A stretch of 64,000 bases of DNA from Candidatus Brocadiia bacterium (GTDB lineage Bacteria; Planctomycetota; Brocadiia; SM23-32), in the NCBI GenBank assembly GCA_046538485.1, contig JBKHIT010000018.1:11603-75602 (forward strand), read 5' to 3'. A model generated the notes under the pieces. The model was not told the DNA's origin and searched no databases. It saw only the letters and a program-made list of their open reading frames with translations. The translations under genes and the position numbers were made by a program. This document shows positions 56,762 through 64,000 of the stretch, in pieces (position 1 is the first letter of the stretch; the number at the start of each line of letters is the position of its first letter).

Positions 56762-58072
56762 TCATACCAGCGCAGCTCCCAGAAGAAGATAAATCAAGAT
56801 GCAAATTACGTCATTCAGTATCGTCACGAACGGCCCCGCACTGATGGCCGGATCGAGACCATACTTATCGAATGCCAGTGGCAGCAATGTGCCGAGCGAG
56901 CCTGCCGTGAGAATAGCAACAAATACGGCCAGACCTACCAAAGCCGCGATTGGCTGATTGACATTCGGGAAAAGCAAACCCAGGACCGCAGCCGCCAGCC
57001 CACAGAGAATAGCAAGCAAGAGTGTCACAACCCCCTGTTTCAAACTGAAGGTCAGCAGGCGCCCAAACTGGATATCCCCCACCGCAAGTCCCCGCACCAC
57101 GATTGTCGAAGCCTGAATGGCGACATTTCCTCCCATCAACGGTATGACGGGGATGAAAAAGGCGATTTGAACGGCTTCCAGTGTATTCTCAAATCGGCTC
57201 ACCATGAACGCTATACCCAGCCCCCCCAGAAGCGTCAGCAAAAGCCACGGCAATCTCAAACGCGTGCTGCGGAGAACCGTTGCTCGCACGGGGTCCTTCT
57301 CGGTAGTCCCGGCAAGCCGGTACATATCCTCATCCACTTCTTCTTGTTCGGCTTCCAGAATATCATCGCTTGTGACAACTCCGATAAGCCGGTCTGTTTG
57401 ATCGACAACAGGCACAAAATCCATACCGTAGCGACTGGCAAGGCGCACAACTTCTTCCTGGTCGGTTTCGGGTGTAACGGTAGCAATTTCCGGTTCTATC
57501 AAATCTTTGAGATCCCGGTTGGGCCCGGCGAAAACAAGTTTATGGAAGGGCAGATGGCCAAGCAACTGACCTTCTTCATTGCTCACAAAAAGGCGCGCAA
57601 GAGTTTCGCTTTCCCGGCTACTTTGAGTAATCTCCACCGCCTGTCCCGCCGTAATATCGCTGGCCAGGAGCACAAAATCCGGCGTCATAATACCGCCCGC
57701 GGTGTCAGAAGGATGCTCCAGCAGACTTCGTGCTTGTCTAGCTTCTTCAGCGGGAAGATTTTGGAAAACAATTTCCCGTTTTTCGACATCCAGAACATTC
57801 AGAAGATCCGCAAGCTCGTCCGGTTCCATATAGGAGGCTGCCCGCGCAATCACCCCCGGAAGCGCCTCAGCAATCTCGCGCACAGTCCCTTCGCTGAGCT
57901 CATCGAGCACTTCGCCGGCCGTTTCTTCGGCGAGCTGGCGCAGAAGCGAGACCTGTTCCGCAGAATCCAGTTCTTCCACAATCTCAGCGACATCAGCCGG
58001 AGGTTGTCCCTGGAGCATGGACAGAGCCCCCCGAATATCATCGGACTCGATAAGCTGTTCTACCTGCTCCAT
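56762..58072 (-). CDS. mgtE: magnesium transporter MgtE
   Basis: Start at ATG 58072 (MEQVEQLIESDD...). It has the N-domain, a CBS pair, and a TM domain with GNVAIQASTIVVRGL and DPAISAGPFVTILNDV. Confidence 0.9.
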   Translation of the reverse strand: MEQVEQLIESDDIRGALSMLQGQPPADVAEIVEELDSAEQVSLLRQLAEETAGEVLDELSEGTVREIAEALPGVIARAASYMEPDELADLLNVLDVEKREIVFQNLPAEEARQARSLLEHPSDTAGGIMTPDFVLLASDITAGQAVEITQSSRESETLARLFVSNEEGQLLGHLPFHKLVFAGPNRDLKDLIEPEIATVTPETDQEEVVRLASRYGMDFVPVVDQTDRLIGVVTSDDILEAEQEEVDEDMYRLAGTTEKDPVRATVLRSTRLRLPWLLLTLLGGLGIAFMVSRFENTLEAVQIAFFIPVIPLMGGNVAIQASTIVVRGLAVGDIQFGRLLTFSLKQGVVTLLLAILCGLAAAVLGLLFPNVNQPIAALVGLAVFVAILTAGSLGTLLPLAFDKYGLDPAISAGPFVTILNDVICILIYLLLGAALV

Positions 58073-58362
58073 GATGTGCTGCCTCAGATCCTCGTCCGAA
58101 TTTTTTGGTTTTATGCTCAAACAAACTCCCCTTCGATCGACACAACATTGAATTGAAACCACCGGAAGCAGGTCCACGACAAAAATCCCACAACTTTTAA
58201 TTATAGATGAATGAGAAACGCAAATCCAAGGTAGCAGAAATGACAGTCGTATGTGTTGACAGAAACGGGGTATGAACGGTAGATTTGAAGATGGGGGAGA
58301 TCATTGGTTCCACAAAAAGCGGATAATGCCATTTACCATTTACGAAGAAACGTTGGCAAGAT

Positions 58363-59268
58363 ATGAAAAACGGCCTCAGGCCTCTGACCATTTGGGAGAT
58401 CCTCAACCGGAGTCTGCGTCTTTATCGTCGCCATTTTTTGCCCCTTTTCGTGGTCTCGCTGATTCTCGGCTATGCCGGCTATGCAGCCAACAAACTCAGT
58501 CTGTATACGGTTCAATCCTACTACGACAAAGTGGCGGCAAATTTACAGGGCATAAAGTCCATCGACGCCATCCTCCTTCTCCTGCTGCTTTTTGGTCTCA
58601 CGGCGATAACAATGGCTGTTCTGCTGATAAAGTACGGAATTCTCTCGGCCTATGTAAGTAAAGCCTACCTCGGAAACGAAATGAACATTTCGAAAATAAC
58701 AACCGGGGTACCTTTTGGATCCGTTCTTGGATCCTGTCTCCTGGCCACAGCCTTAATTTGTTTCGGGCTTCTATTTTTTCTGCTGCCCGGATTTATCCTG
58801 ACAATCGTTTTTATTCTTGTGCCGACTGTGGCCGCTATCGAAGGGAAATCTCCTATCCAAACACTGAAAAGAAGCTGGTCAATGGTGAGGATTTCGATGC
58901 CTGGCGGATTCTTCGGCAACAATGTAATGAAACTGATGATTATCTGGATATTTGTCGCGATACTCGATCTTCTGGCGCGGGGGGTTATGACGTCTCTAAC
59001 TCAGCTCGCACCGCATGTTTGGAAAATGGAACAGGTAATCGAGGCCCCCTTCGGCCAATGGAGTATCACGGTGCTGCGGCCGAGCTACCAGGTTGTAATG
59101 GGACTTCTTGGAGAAAGTATTCAGGCCTTTTTCCTGCCCTTCGCTATCTGCGCCCTGGTACCTCTATACTACGACATTCGAGTTCAAAAAGAAGGACTCG
59201 ACATCAGCCGATCTCTCGAAATACTCCAGACCGACAGGCAAGCCGCTGGCACAGTGGGAGGAGAGTAA
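58363..59268 (+). CDS. polytopic membrane protein, unknown function
   Basis: 301 aa with ~6 predicted TM segments. It is the first gene of the MoxR cassette. Confidence 0.5.
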   Translation: MKNGLRPLTIWEILNRSLRLYRRHFLPLFVVSLILGYAGYAANKLSLYTVQSYYDKVAANLQGIKSIDAILLLLLLFGLTAITMAVLLIKYGILSAYVSKAYLGNEMNISKITTGVPFGSVLGSCLLATALICFGLLFFLLPGFILTIVFILVPTVAAIEGKSPIQTLKRSWSMVRISMPGGFFGNNVMKLMIIWIFVAILDLLARGVMTSLTQLAPHVWKMEQVIEAPFGQWSITVLRPSYQVVMGLLGESIQAFFLPFAICALVPLYYDIRVQKEGLDISRSLEILQTDRQAAGTVGGE

Positions 59269-59271
59269 AAA

Positions 59272-60294
59272 ATGCGAAAAAGCCGCGCCTTCTTAACAAT
59301 CCTCTTACTAACCCTTGTCTTTCAAGTAGTGTCGCGGGGCGGCGAATATCCACACGACAAAATGCTGAATGATCTGGAAACGCTCGGGGAACAGCTGACA
59401 AGCGATTGGGCCAGAAAACGACCGGAGCTCTGGCGTGATAGAGCCCAGGTTATGTTCAAACGTATGCGGTGGGCGCTTTTAATAGAAAACTCCAACATTC
59501 CAATTCGCATCACCGAAAAGGGAGACCACTTGATTTCGACCATGCGGTATTGGTGTGAAGGAGAAGGCGACCCGCTTCCCGAACCCGAAAATTATTACAG
59601 ATGGTTGGAAGAGCTTTCTTCTCTGCTTCAACAAGCTCAGCCGCTGTCCGCGTCCCCGCCGGCTCGCCCACATCGCCAGTGGGCGCAACGGGAACTCAGA
59701 TTCCTGCTCGGCCAGCCACGCTATTCGCATATGGCCGAAAAATCCCAGGGTCTGAACGAACGTATCGCAGAATTTGTCTCTCGTTACGTAATCCAGCCGT
59801 TATTCGGCCGACAGAGGCGCTCTGTTCGCCGGATTGGTCTCATCATATGTATCGCGTTGCTTGTGTTGATCGGGATCCACATGATCTGGGAAACCGTCCG
59901 TGCCTTATACCAAACGTCGAAAGAAAAAAAGAAACAAACCGAGGATGTCCCAACAGAGAGCGTGGCCTTGAGGCGCGCGGCCCCCGGGGAATTGCTTTCC
60001 CGTGGTGATAAAGCACGGGAAAGCGGGCAATACCTGCGCGCCGCAGGACTCTACTATCTGACACTCCTGTCAATTCTCGCACGGGAAGGTTGCACCGCGC
60101 TGGACCGAACTCTCACCAACTGGGAACACTACCTGAGAGCTCGGCGAAGCGGTTGTCTCGCAGAGTCGGAAATCCAAAAACTGGAACGTGTAAATACTTT
60201 CTTCGACAGATGCTGCTACGGCGGGGAAAAAATCTCTGACAACCAGATAGACAATTTCCGCAAGCAAATAATTGAGCTTTCCAATGCCATCTGA
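59272..60294 (+). CDS. DUF4129-like domain protein
   Basis: Signal peptide, a mid-protein TM segment (IGLIICIALLVLIGIHMIW), and a C-terminal LTNWEHYLRARR...FFDRCCYGGEKIS block, typical of the DUF4129 proteins that accompany MoxR/DUF58. Confidence 0.6.
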   Translation: MRKSRAFLTILLLTLVFQVVSRGGEYPHDKMLNDLETLGEQLTSDWARKRPELWRDRAQVMFKRMRWALLIENSNIPIRITEKGDHLISTMRYWCEGEGDPLPEPENYYRWLEELSSLLQQAQPLSASPPARPHRQWAQRELRFLLGQPRYSHMAEKSQGLNERIAEFVSRYVIQPLFGRQRRSVRRIGLIICIALLVLIGIHMIWETVRALYQTSKEKKKQTEDVPTESVALRRAAPGELLSRGDKARESGQYLRAAGLYYLTLLSILAREGCTALDRTLTNWEHYLRARRSGCLAESEIQKLERVNTFFDRCCYGGEKISDNQIDNFRKQIIELSNAI

Positions 60295-61534
60295 CTTCTC
60301 ACATCTCAAGCTTCTTCTGGTCGCAGGAGTCATCCTCCTGCTGGCCGTCCTTGCCGGCGCCCTGACTGCCCGCCAGGAGAGAGGCATAAAATCGCCCCGA
60401 CGAAGCATACGAAGCACGGATGCCAGTGGGATACGGGCTTTTTATGAGATGCTGGCATCCAATCCACGCTATCAAGTTACTTCGATGGGCCGGATGAGCG
60501 ATTTATTCACACACAGAGGAGTTCTGATCATCGCTGGCCCACTCGAAAAACCGCCCACCCGTAAAGAAACCGATCGCATTATCTCCTGGATTAAAAAAGG
60601 GAACGGATTGCTCTATTTTGTAGGAACCGAAAAAACTGATCGCCCCTCCTCCCCTCTCGAACAAGAGATGACACGAACCACCAAAAAGCGAATGGGATCC
60701 ATTCCAACACATCTTTTGCGAGAACTTCGGTTGGCCACAATCAGAGGGAAAATCCCGGCTTTTAGCCCGGCTCCCCAGATCCTCCAATCGGTATCGACAG
60801 AAACCGCTTATCCTCTTCAGCTGAAAGGCATCTCTCTTTACGTCAGAGGACTGGGGTCACTTGTAACCTGGCGAAAACTCGGAGAAGGGCGAATCGTCAC
60901 CGTTGCCAGCAGTGTCCCTATTCAAAACCAACACATCGAAAAGTCCCATAATCTCGATTTCTTACTCTGCGCTGTCGATTTGCTTAAAGGCAAAAATAAC
61001 GCTGTTCTATTCGATGAACTACATCATGGTTATGCCCGAAAAGCAGGCATGGCCGAACTGATCGGCGTCCAGGGATTTGCCGCCGCCGCTATCCAGTTCT
61101 TCATCTGCGGTCTTCTTTATGTGTGGCTTCAGGGACGCCGCATGGGCCCCCCGGTCGAACCACCGAAAAAAAGTCCCGGGGGGCGCAAAGAATACCTGGA
61201 CGCGGCGGGTAAGCTTTACAGACAGAACTGCTCTCCGGGAGAAATAGCTTCCGCTTACGCCGACTTCGTCAAAAGAAAAATCGCTCGTTCTTCCCAATTC
61301 CCGGCCAATCCCAGAAAAGAACAACTCGCCTCCATACTGGCCGAAGAAAACCGCCAGATGCCGCAAAACGTTCAGGATCTTCTGGCCGAAGCGTCTGAAG
61401 CGAAGTGGGAAGGGACAGACCCCGATCGCGCGACCCAAATAATTCGGGAATTAAACCGGTTAATCCACACCGAACACCCCGACAAAAAGCATTCAAATAC
61501 CTCTAAATATCGGGAGAAATGGCATGGAAGTTGA
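60284..61534 (+). CDS. DUF4350-like domain protein
   Basis: N-terminal TM (LLLVAGVILLLAVLAGAL) and position between DUF4129 and MoxR. The family call is from context and general similarity. Confidence 0.55.
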   Translation: MPSDFSHLKLLLVAGVILLLAVLAGALTARQERGIKSPRRSIRSTDASGIRAFYEMLASNPRYQVTSMGRMSDLFTHRGVLIIAGPLEKPPTRKETDRIISWIKKGNGLLYFVGTEKTDRPSSPLEQEMTRTTKKRMGSIPTHLLRELRLATIRGKIPAFSPAPQILQSVSTETAYPLQLKGISLYVRGLGSLVTWRKLGEGRIVTVASSVPIQNQHIEKSHNLDFLLCAVDLLKGKNNAVLFDELHHGYARKAGMAELIGVQGFAAAAIQFFICGLLYVWLQGRRMGPPVEPPKKSPGGRKEYLDAAGKLYRQNCSPGEIASAYADFVKRKIARSSQFPANPRKEQLASILAEENRQMPQNVQDLLAEASEAKWEGTDPDRATQIIRELNRLIHTEHPDKKHSNTSKYREKWHGS

Positions 61535-62495
61535 TGCCACCGAAATAACACAAAATATCCAGAACGAAATCTGCAAAATTGTTCACGGTCTCGATGCCGT
61601 GATCGAAGAAGTGCTCGTGGCCTATTTTGGCCGCGGGCACGTCCTGCTGGAAGGCGTACCGGGAACCGCTAAAACACTCCTGGCAAGAGCACTCGCCCAG
61701 AGCGTTGCTCAACAGTTCAAGAGAGTTCAGTTCACACCGGACCTAATGCCCGTCGATGTGCTGGGGACACGCGTTTTTGACCTGGCATCCCGAACTTTTA
61801 ACTTCGAAGAAGGACCTGTCTTCAGCGAAATCCTGCTCGGGGATGAGATCAATCGTACTCCTCCCAAAACCCAGTCCGCTCTCCTGGAAGCCATGCAGGA
61901 ACGCAGGGTGACAGTAGACGGAGAGCCGAGGCCGCTCTCGGAACATTTCTTTGTCATCGCCACCCAGAACCCCCTGGAGTTCGAGGGCACGTTTCCTCTC
62001 CCGGAATCCCAACTCGATCGATTCATGCTGAAGATAGTTGTCCCCTATCCTGACGAGAACTCGGAAGTGAACGTGCTCCAGCAACATCACGAAGGTTTCA
62101 GAATGGCAGCCGGAGACCTACCTGAAATCGAAAAAGTAGCCGACTCCGATGATCTCCAACATGTCTTTGATGCCGTCGAGGGGATTACCGCCCACCCGGA
62201 ACTGCTTCGGTACACAGCAAAAGTCATCCGGGAAACGCGGGAAGTCCCAGATCTCGCTCTGGGCGCAAGTCCGCGCGCAGGCGTTGATCTGCTCGCTGCC
62301 GCCAAGGCCCTTGCCCTCGTGCGGGGAAAATCGTATGTAACACCCGATGAAATAAAACGAATTGCGCCCCCGGTCCTGAGGCACAGGCTACCGCTGAAAC
62401 CGGAAGCCGAAATGGAAGGACGAAACGTGGACGAAGTCCTGGAAGACGTCTTCCGAAGAATCGATGTGCCGAGGATGGATAATGCCGACACGTAA
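61524..62495 (+). CDS. MoxR-family AAA+ ATPase
   Basis: Walker A LEGVPGTAKT, Walker B ILLGDEINR, FFVIATQNP, and the C-terminal lid RHRL. Confidence 0.9.
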   Translation: MEVDATEITQNIQNEICKIVHGLDAVIEEVLVAYFGRGHVLLEGVPGTAKTLLARALAQSVAQQFKRVQFTPDLMPVDVLGTRVFDLASRTFNFEEGPVFSEILLGDEINRTPPKTQSALLEAMQERRVTVDGEPRPLSEHFFVIATQNPLEFEGTFPLPESQLDRFMLKIVVPYPDENSEVNVLQQHHEGFRMAAGDLPEIEKVADSDDLQHVFDAVEGITAHPELLRYTAKVIRETREVPDLALGASPRAGVDLLAAAKALALVRGKSYVTPDEIKRIAPPVLRHRLPLKPEAEMEGRNVDEVLEDVFRRIDVPRMDNADT

Positions 62496-63822
62496 AACAC
62501 TGCTGATTTTCGTTATCGCCGGTGCCTTCTTCCCGCTTACCGCCGTCACCCCTGTGGCGGCATATGGCATTGTGCTGCTTGACGCTGCCATCCTGCTGGT
62601 CTTTCTGATGGATCGGTTTCGTCTTGCCTCCTCCGGATCCATCTCCCTGGAACGTCATCATCGCCATGTTTTCTCCCTCGCACAAAACAACCAGGTTGAA
62701 CTGCAGATCACAAACGAATCAACACTGGCGGTTCGTGCGACGGTGCGTGATAATCCGCCGGTACCCTGTAGCAGCGGCCCTGAGACACTGGAAATGCAAA
62801 TTCCCGCGGGCCATCAAGCGATAAGAATATACCAGATAAAACCCACTGAACGGGGATGCTTTCATTTCAAAGAAGCGGTGGTGCGTAACTGGAGTCCCCT
62901 GGGACTCGCTTTTCGTGACCACCATTTTCCAAAGCCCGGCCCCCCATCCGCAAGGGATCACTGTGGAGATTCGTTCGATTTCATCGTTTACCCGCGTTTC
63001 GCCACTGCTACCAGAAGAGAAGTAGCCGCCTTCGCCGAAACTCAAGAAAGCGGATATCACAAACTTCAGCGGAGAATCGAGGGCACAACACCTTCTCAGA
63101 TACGCCAGTGGGTTTCCGGCGATAGTTACCGCGACATCAACTGGATGGCCACAGCTCGTTACGACCATCCAATGATAACCCAGTACGACACCGATCGGAA
63201 CCAAACGGTCTACCTCTTCATCGATTGCGGCCGACTGATGAACGCTTCCGCCGGAGAGCTGACGAAACTGGATCATGCAACCAACGCGGCTGCTGATCTG
63301 ACACGTCTCGCGATCGACCGTGGAGACCACGTCGGGCTCTGCTGCTTTTCAAACAGCGTAAAAATCTGGCTCAAAGCAAAGGGCAGAAGCGAACAAATGC
63401 TCCGCATCATGGAAGCTCTCGCAACACTTTCGGCGAATCCCGTCGCCACAAATTACGATTTCGCCGTCAACTATTTTCTTGCCCGTAGAACGCGCCGCAG
63501 TTTCTGCCTGTTTCTAACAACATTTGCCGAATCCGCGTCCTCCTGGGATTTCTTGAAAAGAATTCATTCGCTGAGCCCCAGAAACATCCCGGCGATCGTC
63601 GACCTGACCGATCCTGCTCTGGAAACAGCACTGAAGGAAGATCCGGAAGACTACGCTCGGGCCTGCCGCAAACTGGCCGCCACCGATCTTCAGGAAGAAA
63701 CGGAACGATTCGGGGAAAAACTCAAACATAAAGGCGGACATTTCCTGCAAACACCATCTCAATCCGTGTCAGCTACCGTGCTGCAGAGTTACCTCGACGT
63801 CAAATCGCGCGGGTTGCTCTGA
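62482..63822 (+). CDS. DUF58 domain protein (vWA-like partner of MoxR)
   Basis: ATG 62482 (GAGGA SD), two N-terminal TM segments, and YRDINWMATARYDHPMITQYDTDRNQTVYLFIDCG, the DUF58 core. Confidence 0.8.
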   Translation: MPTRKTLLIFVIAGAFFPLTAVTPVAAYGIVLLDAAILLVFLMDRFRLASSGSISLERHHRHVFSLAQNNQVELQITNESTLAVRATVRDNPPVPCSSGPETLEMQIPAGHQAIRIYQIKPTERGCFHFKEAVVRNWSPLGLAFRDHHFPKPGPPSARDHCGDSFDFIVYPRFATATRREVAAFAETQESGYHKLQRRIEGTTPSQIRQWVSGDSYRDINWMATARYDHPMITQYDTDRNQTVYLFIDCGRLMNASAGELTKLDHATNAAADLTRLAIDRGDHVGLCCFSNSVKIWLKAKGRSEQMLRIMEALATLSANPVATNYDFAVNYFLARRTRRSFCLFLTTFAESASSWDFLKRIHSLSPRNIPAIVDLTDPALETALKEDPEDYARACRKLAATDLQEETERFGEKLKHKGGHFLQTPSQSVSATVLQSYLDVKSRGLL

Positions 63823-63856
63823 ATCTGTCAATGCCGGCTTCGGGTTTATAATCAGC

Positions 63857-64000
63857 TCAGATCTCATTTTGTGGGCTGGTCCCGGCGAAAGCAGACTCTC
63901 CCTCATTCCCTGATGATATGTTCTTGCGGCCGCTCAAGCAGAGGAAAAGATACAGAAGGATCCCGGCGCCTATCCCAACCCCGTACTTGACCAGATGGCT
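63857..64000 (-). CDS. C-terminal fragment of an unidentified (membrane?) protein running in from the right edge
   Basis: An open minus-strand frame from the edge reads ...SHLVKYGVGIGAGILLYLFLCLSGRKNISSGNEGESAFAGTSPQNEI*, convergent with the DUF58 gene. No family is recognisable. Confidence 0.25.
   Translation of the reverse strand, partial: SHLVKYGVGIGAGILLYLFLCLSGRKNISSGNEGESAFAGTSPQNEI

Noticed and set aside
57167-58156. 329-aa plus-strand ORF.
   Set aside because: It is antisense to mgtE, which has clear CBS and MgtE TM signatures.
1-64000. CRISPR arrays, tRNA/rRNA genes and IS elements.
   Set aside because: Reading both strands, I found no regularly spaced short repeats, no T-arm/acceptor pairs that fold as tRNA (for example, gggttcaaatt at ~45003 lacks complementary arms), no rRNA-like conserved blocks, and no transposase- or integrase-like ORFs.

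Overview
This 64-kb window is bacterial chromosome. Its gene content (a prepilin-type DUF1559 protein, a Ser/Thr kinase with a WD40 remnant, TadG/vWA paralogues, a V/A-type ATPase and an Etf-linked dehydrogenase) suggests an anaerobic PVC-group (Planctomycetota-like) organism; this is inference only. Layout: (i) 1-8793, minus strand: a V/A-type ATP synthase operon (G/H-like, C, I, K, F, E, A, B, start of D) headed by a translationally coupled PTS-EIIA(Ntr)-like gene. (ii) 9269-9943: a beta-barrel OMP. (iii) 10150-32069, plus strand: a ~22-kb, largely translationally coupled lipid/polyketide-like cluster. It holds 3 ACPs, 2 active KS plus 2 inactive KS-like partners, 2 hotdog dehydratase domains, a thioesterase, 2 adenylating enzymes, 2 acyltransferases, an FAD oxidoreductase, a LolA-like/MMPL/lipoprotein export set, one SPASM radical-SAM::hotdog fusion and two B12-type radical-SAM enzymes. 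One reverse-oriented DUF1559 pseudopilin gene flanked by 109-bp direct repeats splits it. (iv) 32291-35917: a lipoprotein, tsaB, usp and a HEAT protein, with a 709-bp ORF-free structured spacer. (v) 35989-43803: a six-gene TadG-like/vWA locus containing a 1493-bp direct repeat with a single mismatch. (vi) DUF192, an EtfB/ferredoxin-fused EtfA/FAD-dehydrogenase operon, an MrfB/MrfA-like nuclease-helicase pair, a Ser/Thr kinase followed by an out-of-frame WD40 remnant, a TerB-like protein, mgtE (minus strand) and a membrane-protein/DUF4129/DUF4350/MoxR/DUF58 cassette. I recognised no rRNA, tRNA, CRISPR array, transposase or integrase. The best candidate for an undescribed system is the aryl-polyene-like lipid cluster carrying three radical-SAM enzymes. 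All family calls come from motifs read by eye, not from database searches.
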